This document shows, in pieces, positions 47,333 through 55,138 of a stretch of 64,000 nt of DNA. How positions within the stretch are numbered: the stretch's first letter is position 1; each line of letters opens with the position of its first letter. The notes below the pieces were generated by a model. The model made no database searches and was not told the DNA's origin. It was given only the letters and a program-made list of their open reading frames with translations. The stretch spans positions 58 through 64,057 of the forward strand of contig JBMSKF010000005.1 of assembly GCA_049419605.1 (NCBI GenBank), in the 5' to 3' direction. Position numbers and translations under genes: made by a program. This DNA is from Bacilli bacterium. Lineage in GTDB: Bacteria > Bacillota_I > Bacilli_A > RFN20 > CAG-826.

Positions 47333-47803
47333 ATGAAAAAAACCACAGGTGAAAAAATCATCGTACAAAATCGTCGTGCAAACTACGACTATTTTTTATC
47401 TGATTTTTTAGAAACTGGCATCACCTTGACTGGTACAGAAGTTAAAAGTTTACGCGCTGGTGGTGGATCTTTATCGGATAGTTATGTGGTCAGTCGTAAT
47501 CAAGAATTATTTTTATTAAATATGAATGTTGCCCCATATAAACAAGGAACCTTATTCAATCATGAACCTTTACGGACACGAAAACTATTAGCCCATAAAC
47601 AAGAAATATTGAAGATTACCAAGGCTATTCAAGAAAAAGGATTAACTATTATTCCTGTCAAAATTTATTTAAAGCACGGATTAATTAAAGTTTTAATCGC
47701 AGTCGCCAAAGGTAAGCAGCACTTTGATAAACGAGAAGCGATTAAAAAGAAAGATACCGAAAGAAAAATGAGGGCTGCTACTCACGGGGATTTTCATGAT
47801 TAA
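47333..47803 (+). CDS. smpB: SsrA-binding protein
   Basis: QNRRANYDYFL, GTEVKSLR, and the basic C-terminal tail. Confidence 0.95.
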   Translation: MKKTTGEKIIVQNRRANYDYFLSDFLETGITLTGTEVKSLRAGGGSLSDSYVVSRNQELFLLNMNVAPYKQGTLFNHEPLRTRKLLAHKQEILKITKAIQEKGLTIIPVKIYLKHGLIKVLIAVAKGKQHFDKREAIKKKDTERKMRAATHGDFHD

Positions 47804-49016
47804 TTCAATTATTGATTTATTGCAGTATTTTTCTAAAAAGGTCTCTCCCATTTATTCACGGGAAAAATATGATTTGTTTTTAAAGGATCATCCCTTCCAA
47901 TTTCGCATACCTGCGATTCATATTACTGGGACGAACGGCAAAGGGTCGACGGCCACTTTTTTAAGAAATATTTACCAAACTCACTTTCGTAAAGTTGGCT
48001 TATTTACCTCACCTTCTTTAGCCCGTTTTCAAGAAATGATTTACGTTAATTTAGAGGAAATTAGAGAAGATTATATTCTTGGTTTCTTTAAGAAATGGCA
48101 GCCTATTTTTGATCAATATGAACTCACAGCATTTGAAATGCAAACCTTACTCGCGTTTCATTATTTCCAAGATCAAGGTTGTGACTTTGCGATTATCGAA
48201 GTTGGGATGGGTGGCAAAATTGATGCGACCAATATTTTTACACCGGTCTTAAGTATCATCACCAATATTTCACTTGAACACAAAGCCTATTTAGGTGACA
48301 CCGTTGAAAAAATTGCTGACCATAAAGCCGGGATTATCAAACCTAAGGTTCCTGTCCTTGTCGGCCCATTACCGCCTGGCGCGATGAGAGTGGTTGAAGA
48401 TGTTGCCACAAAACTACAGTCACCTTTGTTTAAACGTGAACCATATCAAATTATTCAAGAACAATACCCACTCAAATTCAAATTTGGTAGTGATGAACCT
48501 TACACCTTAACAATGACCGCGACCTATCAATTTGAAAATGCGGCATTAGCGTTACAAGCTGTTCAGATTCTTTCAAGTCGTTATCGAATTTCTTCTAGTG
48601 CCTTACATCAAGCTATTCATGATACGTTTATGCCTGGCCGATTAGAAGTGATCAAACAATCTCCAATGATTATTTTAGATGGTGCACACAATCCTGGTGG
48701 CATTGAAGCCTTAGTAAAGACATTATTAAAACAACCCCACACCTCAATTTATATTTTATTTGCCGCGTTTAAAGATAAAGACGTCATCCCAATGATTCAG
48801 CAACTCACCTCAATCAGTAAACATATTTTCCTCACTACATTTCCCCATAGTCGCGCCAGGCAGAAACACGATTATCAAGGCTTAGACTATCCTTTTATCG
48901 AAAACTTTGAGGTTGCGTTAAAGGTTCTCAGCGAAGGAATGCCGCCACATAGTGTATTATTAGTGACGGGTTCACTTGCCTTTGTAGGCCAAGTGAGACT
49001 GAAATACATTAGTTAA
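47796..49016 (+). CDS. folC: Folylpolyglutamate synthase / dihydrofolate synthase
   Basis: HITGTNGKGST P-loop plus the Mur-ligase-type core (EVGMGG, DGAHNP). Confidence 0.9.
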   Translation: MINSIIDLLQYFSKKVSPIYSREKYDLFLKDHPFQFRIPAIHITGTNGKGSTATFLRNIYQTHFRKVGLFTSPSLARFQEMIYVNLEEIREDYILGFFKKWQPIFDQYELTAFEMQTLLAFHYFQDQGCDFAIIEVGMGGKIDATNIFTPVLSIITNISLEHKAYLGDTVEKIADHKAGIIKPKVPVLVGPLPPGAMRVVEDVATKLQSPLFKREPYQIIQEQYPLKFKFGSDEPYTLTMTATYQFENAALALQAVQILSSRYRISSSALHQAIHDTFMPGRLEVIKQSPMIILDGAHNPGGIEALVKTLLKQPHTSIYILFAAFKDKDVIPMIQQLTSISKHIFLTTFPHSRARQKHDYQGLDYPFIENFEVALKVLSEGMPPHSVLLVTGSLAFVGQVRLKYIS

Positions 49017-49032
49017 TTTAAGGAGAAACGTT

Positions 49033-49791
49033 ATGCAAAATCAAATCATTAGAAAAATGACAATATCCGCCATGTTGATTGCCATCGGATTAATCTTAGA
49101 ACGCGTCTTGATGATTCCCATTGGTGAAGTCAATCGTATCGCTTTTGGATCAAGTGCAATCATCCTTGCTTCCTTAATTGTAGGACCAGTGTTTGGTGCC
49201 ATTGTGGGTGCCTCCATTGATGTGATTGGTTTTCTCATCAATTCAGTAGGAACCTATACACCTTATGTAACGATTGGACTAGCTGTCTTAGGCATTCTAC
49301 CTTGGTTATTAAAAAAAGTGATGGTTTCTATAGAAAAGTTACCCGGCTATTTTAACTTAAGTTATGGATTATTAGCGTCACTTCTTGCCTATGGCATTTG
49401 GTTTATTTATTCGCGCGATGGTTACACCTTCAATTTAGGCGGTGGAAATTTTGCGGATGTCGATTTATCCACTCCATTTGTTCGTTACGTATTACCGCTT
49501 GTCGCGATGATCATTTTTTTTGGATTTATTTATTTGATTAGTCGTTTAGAAAAACGTTTTTCTGACACGAACAAATCTCAAACTCTCAATGCAAAATCAA
49601 TCGTATTTATTGTGTTAATTTCTGAAATTCTGATTAGTATTATTTGGGGCGTTCAATGGCGCGTTTGGTATTTAGGAATTCCGCCATTAGCCTTGTATTT
49701 TAATCAAGTTGCATTTTTTGTGATCGCGTTCCCAGTGAAAGCGTTTATCGTTTTAACTGGATTAAGAACGTATCAACAACGGATTCAGTAA
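49033..49791 (+). CDS. ECF-transporter S component, FolT-like, with an extra internal roughly 70-aa segment
   Basis: KMTISAMLIAIGLILERV N-terminus, typical of S components. It is adjacent to folC. At 252 aa it is longer than the typical size for this class. Confidence 0.6.
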   Translation: MQNQIIRKMTISAMLIAIGLILERVLMIPIGEVNRIAFGSSAIILASLIVGPVFGAIVGASIDVIGFLINSVGTYTPYVTIGLAVLGILPWLLKKVMVSIEKLPGYFNLSYGLLASLLAYGIWFIYSRDGYTFNLGGGNFADVDLSTPFVRYVLPLVAMIIFFGFIYLISRLEKRFSDTNKSQTLNAKSIVFIVLISEILISIIWGVQWRVWYLGIPPLALYFNQVAFFVIAFPVKAFIVLTGLRTYQQRIQ

Positions 49792-49795
49792 GCCT

Positions 49796-49882
49796 ATGGA
49801 ATTTTCAAAAGGGTTACTTATTTTTTCTGCGGTTATCCTTGGATTGATTATCATTCTTTCAATCATTGTCATGATGCTATAG
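49796..49882 (+). CDS. Possible 28-aa hydrophobic micro-protein
   Basis: ATG...TAG encodes MEFSKGLLIFSAVILGLIIILSIIVMML, a single TM. It fills the gap between the folT-like and GH13 genes. It falls below the ORF-track length cutoff and has no clear RBS. Confidence 0.25.
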   Translation: MEFSKGLLIFSAVILGLIIILSIIVMML

Positions 49883-49891
49883 GAGGTTAGG

Positions 49892-51181
49892 ATGAAAGCA
49901 CTCACCAAAGCATTACGCCAACAAACGATTTATCAAGTATTTGTCCGTAATCACACCGAAGCAGGTACGTTGAAGGCTTTGATTAAAGATTTACCTCGTA
50001 TTCAAAGTCTAGGTGTTAGCATTCTTTACCTACTACCCATACATCCTATTGGGGTCGTTGCAAGAAAAGGAAAGGTCGGAAGTCCCTATTCCATTCGAGA
50101 TTACTATGCAATTGATGAAGTTTTAGGTAATGAACAGGATTTAAAAGCACTCCTGAATGAAGCGCATCGACTTGGTTTAAAAGTGATGATGGATATTGTC
50201 TTCAATCACACTGCACGGGATGCAAAGTGGGTCAAAGAGCACCCTGAATATTACTATTACAAAGATGGAAAACTTGCCAATCGGATTGGCGATTGGTCTG
50301 ACATCGCTGACTTAGATTTAACCAGACAAGATGTAAGAAAAGCTTTATTGGATGTCTTGATGTATTGGACCCAATTTGGTTTTGATGCATATCGATGTGA
50401 TGTTGCGCCATTATTACCTTTAGATTTTTGGCGAGATGCAAAAGCAACCATCAATGGAATCAATCCTAACACCATTTGGTTATCCGAATCCGTGCATCCC
50501 CATTTCATCCAATATTTAAGAGGAGAAGGTTACAGTGCCCATAGCGATGCAGAAATGTTTCAAGTTTTTGACATCCTTTATGATTATGATGTCCATGAAT
50601 TTCTCCAACAATATTTGACTGGAAAAGGTGAACTTTCAACTTATTTAAGAATGGTTCAAGCACAAAGTTATATTTATCCTGAAGATTATGTGAAAGCTCA
50701 TTTTTTAGAAAACCATGACGTAAGTCGAATTCATCAATTGGTGACCAATTTAACAACCTTAAAAAATTTAACTGCATGGTCTTTTTTTCAACCAGGGATT
50801 GGTTTTATCTATGCTGGCCAAGAATACCTAGCAACCAAACTCCCTGATCTCTTCGAAAAAGATCCTATTTCACAAGCACAAAAAGATCAAAATTTTTATG
50901 ATTTTGTGACTCGTTTGATTGCCATCAAAAAAATGCCTTATTTTGGCGAAGCACGCAAAATGATAATTAACGAACATGCCTTACAATCCAATTTGATTGA
51001 GGCTACGTTAAGTTATCCTCAAGGTCAGTTGGTTGGTTACTTTAATATAACCAAGGACATGAGAAACATTTACACCTCTTTAAAGGACGGTCTATATTTA
51101 GATTTAATTTCTCAACAAAAGATTGCGGTGAACAAAGGCATTCTCACGATTAAAGAGCCATTAATTCTTGTTGTTTCCTAG
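49892..51181 (+). CDS. Cytosolic GH13 alpha-amylase-family enzyme (specificity unknown)
   Basis: GH13 regions I-IV are present: DIVFNHTA, GFDAYRCDVA, IWLSES, FLENHD. There is no signal peptide. AGGAGG RBS. Confidence 0.8.
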   Translation: MKALTKALRQQTIYQVFVRNHTEAGTLKALIKDLPRIQSLGVSILYLLPIHPIGVVARKGKVGSPYSIRDYYAIDEVLGNEQDLKALLNEAHRLGLKVMMDIVFNHTARDAKWVKEHPEYYYYKDGKLANRIGDWSDIADLDLTRQDVRKALLDVLMYWTQFGFDAYRCDVAPLLPLDFWRDAKATINGINPNTIWLSESVHPHFIQYLRGEGYSAHSDAEMFQVFDILYDYDVHEFLQQYLTGKGELSTYLRMVQAQSYIYPEDYVKAHFLENHDVSRIHQLVTNLTTLKNLTAWSFFQPGIGFIYAGQEYLATKLPDLFEKDPISQAQKDQNFYDFVTRLIAIKKMPYFGEARKMIINEHALQSNLIEATLSYPQGQLVGYFNITKDMRNIYTSLKDGLYLDLISQQKIAVNKGILTIKEPLILVVS

Positions 51182-51208
51182 TAATTTTGATAGATTAATC
51201 TTAAGAAT

Positions 51209-52399
51209 ATGAAAAATTTTGTACTCATTGCCCCTATTTTTCCTTACACTTTTTATCAATTTGCGATTGGATTAAAGAAACAAGGCTTTCGCGTCCTAGT
51301 CGTAGGTGATGTTCAGGAAGCGTATCTACCTCAACCTTTAATCGCAAACATGGATGGCTATTATTTTGTTCACGATATGAACCACTATCCCAATTTGAAA
51401 CCAGCGATACAATATTTTATCGATCGGTTTGGTCCTATCGATTATGTTGAATCGAATATCGAACATTGGTTACGATACGATGCACAACTCCGGCAAGATT
51501 TTGAGATACCCAATGGCTTAAGACCTTCCCAATTACAAGTCTATCAATCGAAATCAGGGATGAAGCAGTTTTATCAAAAGGCTGGAGTTCCCGTTGCTCG
51601 ATATCAATTATTGACCACGCTTAATGCTGCATTAGTCTTTGCGAAGGAAGTAGGGTATCCATTGTTTGTCAAACCAGACATTGGCGTTGGTTCACAAGTA
51701 TCCTATAAGCTAACCACGGAACAACAACTTACAGATTTTTTTGCAAGAAAACCAGATCAAGTCTTTATTCTAGAAGAGTTTATTGAAGGAGAAATCTTTT
51801 CCTTTGATGGCATGAGTAATTCAAATTCAGACGTTGTCTTTTATACGGGTCACCAATTTCCTATCAATATTGCTTCGATTGTGAATGAGGATGCTGAAAC
51901 TTATTACTTAACCTTAAAGACGTTACCTCAAGAACTGATTGATAAAGGGATGGCCTCTGTTAAAGCATTTGGATTAAAACAACGATTCTTCCATTTTGAA
52001 TTCTTTCGCTTAACCAAAGATTATCCCCATCTTGGTAAAGCGGGAACGTTTGTCGCGCTTGAAGCAAACTTAAGACCACCCGGTGGTTTTACGATGGAAA
52101 TGATTAACTATGCTAATAGTGTCAACGCCTATCAAATTTACACTGAAGTGATGGCAACTGATGCTTGGAAGAAAATAGAAGACCATCCGACGTATTTCTG
52201 TGCCAATGCTTCAAGAAAAAATCACCACCAATATCGCTATGATTTCCAGGCGATTAGGGATAAATTTTCACAACACATCGTATTTGAAAACTCATATCCC
52301 TATCCGATTTCCATCGCCATGGGTGATTATTTTTTCTTAGCTAAATTTGCAACAAGAGAAGAAGTGGAAACCTTTTATCAATTTGTTTATGCAAAATAA
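51209..52399 (+). CDS. ATP-grasp domain protein, substrate unknown
   Basis: The central region KSGMKQFYQKAGVPVARY...GYPLFVKPDIGVGS...ILEEFIEGEIFSFDG...LEANLRPPGG follows the ATP-grasp pattern. Confidence 0.6.
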   Translation: MKNFVLIAPIFPYTFYQFAIGLKKQGFRVLVVGDVQEAYLPQPLIANMDGYYFVHDMNHYPNLKPAIQYFIDRFGPIDYVESNIEHWLRYDAQLRQDFEIPNGLRPSQLQVYQSKSGMKQFYQKAGVPVARYQLLTTLNAALVFAKEVGYPLFVKPDIGVGSQVSYKLTTEQQLTDFFARKPDQVFILEEFIEGEIFSFDGMSNSNSDVVFYTGHQFPINIASIVNEDAETYYLTLKTLPQELIDKGMASVKAFGLKQRFFHFEFFRLTKDYPHLGKAGTFVALEANLRPPGGFTMEMINYANSVNAYQIYTEVMATDAWKKIEDHPTYFCANASRKNHHQYRYDFQAIRDKFSQHIVFENSYPYPISIAMGDYFFLAKFATREEVETFYQFVYAK

Positions 52400-52413
52400 C
52401 TTATAATTAATGT

Positions 52414-53430
52414 ATGGCAATATTGGTCACCGGCGGAGCCGGATACATCGGCAGTCATACGGTCGTTGAACTACTTCAACAAAACGAAGAAGTCATCATC
52501 GTTGACAATTTTTATAATGCTAAACCTGAAGTTTTAAAACGGATAAAGCTTATTACAGGCCGCACTCCTGTGTTTTATGAAATGGATGTTTTAAATGAAA
52601 CCAAGTTATCGCAAATATTTTCCCAACATACCATTCATGCAGTCATTCATTTTGCTGGTTACAAGGCGGTCGGGGAATCGGTTGCAAAACCACTAGACTA
52701 TTATCACAACAATTTAAATTCTACGATTGTTCTTTTAAAAGTTATGTTAGCCCATCAAGTTTATCAATTGGTCTTTTCTTCTTCGGCTACTGTTTATGGA
52801 AATCCGCAAAAAATGCCAATCAAGGAAACCGATCCAATTGGTGGCACAACCAATCCTTATGGGTCTACCAAGTTAATCAATGAAATGATCATCGAAGATG
52901 TCGTCAAAGCGAATCCAAAACTTCAAGCAATTATGTTGCGCTATTTCAATCCCATTGGCGCTCATGCATCAGGTTTAATTGGAGAAGATCCCCAAGGTAT
53001 TCCAAATAATTTAATGCCATTTATCACCCAAGTTGCAATTGGAAAACGCCCTTTCCTAAGCATCTATGGAAATGACTATCCTACAGTGGATGGAACTGGT
53101 GTGAGAGACTACATTCATGTGGTTGATCTTGCTTTAGGCCATTTAGCCGCATTAAAAAAATTAAAAACCAATCCAGGATTCCAAGTCTATAACTTAGGAA
53201 CAGGACAAGGTACTTCCGTTTTAGAAATGATAAATGCTTTTGAAAAAGCAAACCAAGTTAAAATCCCTTATCAGATTGTGGCTAGACGCCCTGGTGATAT
53301 TGCCATTTGCTATGCAGATGCTTCAAAAGCCTACAAAGAATTAGGCTGGAAGACACAAAAAACGGTTTTTGTTGCATGTAAAGATTCGTGGCACTGGCAG
53401 CAAAAAAACCCCTTAGGTTTTTCGTCATAA
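52414..53430 (+). CDS. galE: UDP-glucose 4-epimerase
   Basis: ILVTGGAGYIGSH, SSSATVYG, and YGSTK (YxxxK). Confidence 0.95.
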   Translation: MAILVTGGAGYIGSHTVVELLQQNEEVIIVDNFYNAKPEVLKRIKLITGRTPVFYEMDVLNETKLSQIFSQHTIHAVIHFAGYKAVGESVAKPLDYYHNNLNSTIVLLKVMLAHQVYQLVFSSSATVYGNPQKMPIKETDPIGGTTNPYGSTKLINEMIIEDVVKANPKLQAIMLRYFNPIGAHASGLIGEDPQGIPNNLMPFITQVAIGKRPFLSIYGNDYPTVDGTGVRDYIHVVDLALGHLAALKKLKTNPGFQVYNLGTGQGTSVLEMINAFEKANQVKIPYQIVARRPGDIAICYADASKAYKELGWKTQKTVFVACKDSWHWQQKNPLGFSS

Positions 53431-53466
53431 TAAATTAACAATCGCTTAATTATAAAGTGGTATCAT

Positions 53467-53501
53467 AATTCCAATATTATTGAAGGAATATTGTTGGAAT
53501 T
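53467..53501 (+). terminator. AT-rich long hairpin after galE (terminator or regulatory)
   Basis: AATTCCAATATTATT-gaagg-AATATTGTTGGAATT forms 15 bp with one mismatch and one G-U pair. It is followed by ATTTATAATATTTTT. Confidence 0.5.
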
Positions 53502-53516
53502 ATTTATAATATTTTT

Positions 53517-55106
53517 ATGAACGGACTTTTAAAGAAATTACATCCCTTTCGGATTTGGTTCTTAGCTGGATTTATACTCAGCAATACTTTTATTGCAGGT
53601 AACTCTTTATTGTCTGCTGAAGAGTCAGGTGACCTTTCTACGGGAATTTCTGAAGTGATCATTTCAGTTGCCAGGGCCATTCTACCTCCGGCGACAGTCG
53701 TGGAAGTGCCTGCAGAAAACATCACACTCAATCTTCGAGATAACGCCACTACGATATATATTGGTACATCGAATCGAATTACTCCAACTTTTTCACCGGT
53801 CAATACTACTGATAAAACAATAGGTTGGACATCCAATAATCCATCTATTATTGAAGTGACGAATGGTGGGATTGCAGTTGCAAGGGATTTTGGTTCTGCT
53901 ACCATTACCGCCAACACGATTTACAATAATGTTTTTGCAGAAATTTTAATCGAAGTGATTGATTTTCCAACGCTTGTGGATTTTACTTTGGAAGCTTTTA
54001 TTAATGATAATCCCACGTCAACCATTGAAAAAGACACAACAGCAAAATTAAAGTTAAATAACCTTGCACCGACGAACGCCAAGACAACCGGTCTGTTATA
54101 TACAAGTTCAAACGTCAATATTGCAACGGTAAACGAAGATGGCGTTATCTATGGTGTCATGCCAGGTGAAGTTACTATTACGGCAAGCTTAGGCGTAATT
54201 TCTCGATCTATCAATGTAACGATTGTGGATGAAATCGAAGTAATTCAACCAACTATGCTAAGCTTGATTGGCGATAGGATTGGTTATATTGGCAGAAACT
54301 TTACGCTGATCACTTCTTTTGGTGAAATCACCCCCACTGACACTCAAGTTACCTTTCAATCGAGTAATACTCGTGTTGCAAAAATTAATGATCAAGGTTT
54401 GGTGACACCGGTTAATTTCTCTGGTTATGCTCCCCAAGATGTGACCATCACTGTTTATGCAAATGCGAATCCTTTGCTACAGGATTCATTTGACATCACC
54501 ATTGAAAAAGTATTTCCATTAAGTTTACAAATTGCTTCCACGAATCAAGTTGAAAACGGAAGAACCACCAATATCAATCCAACCTTTTATCCATTGGATG
54601 TCACTGACCGTCAATTAACGTATGTATCGAGCGATCCATCAATTGCTACAGTGAGCAGTGCAGGTGATTTTGGTGTGGTATTAGGAAAAGATGTCGGCAC
54701 GGTGACCATCACCGCGATTAGTGTGATGGATCCATCGGTTCAAGCCACCTTACAAATTGAAGTTATTCCTGCTACTTTATTAACCCCTGATGTGATCACG
54801 AATATATATTTATTTGTCAGAAAAGGGATTGGTCATATGGGCTTAAATTTCTTAAATGGGATCCTAGGATTTTTAACATTCTTCACTTATTTATATGATA
54901 AGAAAAATCGTTATCTCTGGATATCCATTGGCACAGGATTTGTCCTTGGATTAGTATTTGAGGGTTTACAATTTTTTGCCCCTGGTAGAAGCCCAGTTTG
55001 GATTGACGTCGCATATAACACTATCGGATACACTTTTGCCCAATTATTGATGGTCAGTCTATTGATCGGTATCAAAAAAAGGTCAAATAAGAAAATCAAA
55101 ACATAG
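53517..55106 (+). CDS. VanZ-like membrane protein with four Big_2 (bacterial Ig-like group 2) domains inserted in its first external loop
   Basis: aa 1-50 look like VanZ TM1 (FLAGFILSNTFIAGNSLLSAEESGDLS). aa ~65-417 form four roughly 85-aa repeats (..SSN/SSDPSIATV..G.VT.V..G.VTITA..). aa 428-520 look like the VanZ core (RKGIGHMGLNFLNG...EGLQFFAPGRSPVWIDVAYNTIGY). Confidence 0.7.
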   Translation: MNGLLKKLHPFRIWFLAGFILSNTFIAGNSLLSAEESGDLSTGISEVIISVARAILPPATVVEVPAENITLNLRDNATTIYIGTSNRITPTFSPVNTTDKTIGWTSNNPSIIEVTNGGIAVARDFGSATITANTIYNNVFAEILIEVIDFPTLVDFTLEAFINDNPTSTIEKDTTAKLKLNNLAPTNAKTTGLLYTSSNVNIATVNEDGVIYGVMPGEVTITASLGVISRSINVTIVDEIEVIQPTMLSLIGDRIGYIGRNFTLITSFGEITPTDTQVTFQSSNTRVAKINDQGLVTPVNFSGYAPQDVTITVYANANPLLQDSFDITIEKVFPLSLQIASTNQVENGRTTNINPTFYPLDVTDRQLTYVSSDPSIATVSSAGDFGVVLGKDVGTVTITAISVMDPSVQATLQIEVIPATLLTPDVITNIYLFVRKGIGHMGLNFLNGILGFLTFFTYLYDKKNRYLWISIGTGFVLGLVFEGLQFFAPGRSPVWIDVAYNTIGYTFAQLLMVSLLIGIKKRSNKKIKT

Positions 55107-55138
55107 GAAAAAACCAATCTACATGGATTGGTTTTTTA
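55107..55138. terminator. Bidirectional rho-independent terminator between convergent genes
   Basis: AAAAAACCAATC-tacatg-GATTGGTTTTTT, with A/T runs on both sides. It overlaps the pullulanase stop codon. Confidence 0.8.

Noticed and set aside
1704-50777. Many 60-115-aa ORFs antisense to or out of frame within long genes, for example 2933..3199, 6473..6763, 8143..8490, 13101..13403, 36636..36953, 44617..44907 and 50505..50777.
   Set aside because: All are nested in well-supported longer CDSs. They lack RBSs and recognisable motifs, so I treat them as shadow ORFs.
53504-53917. 137-aa minus-strand ORF.
   Set aside because: It lies entirely antisense to the 5' part of the Big_2/VanZ gene. It has no RBS and a repetitive low-information composition, which marks it as a shadow ORF.
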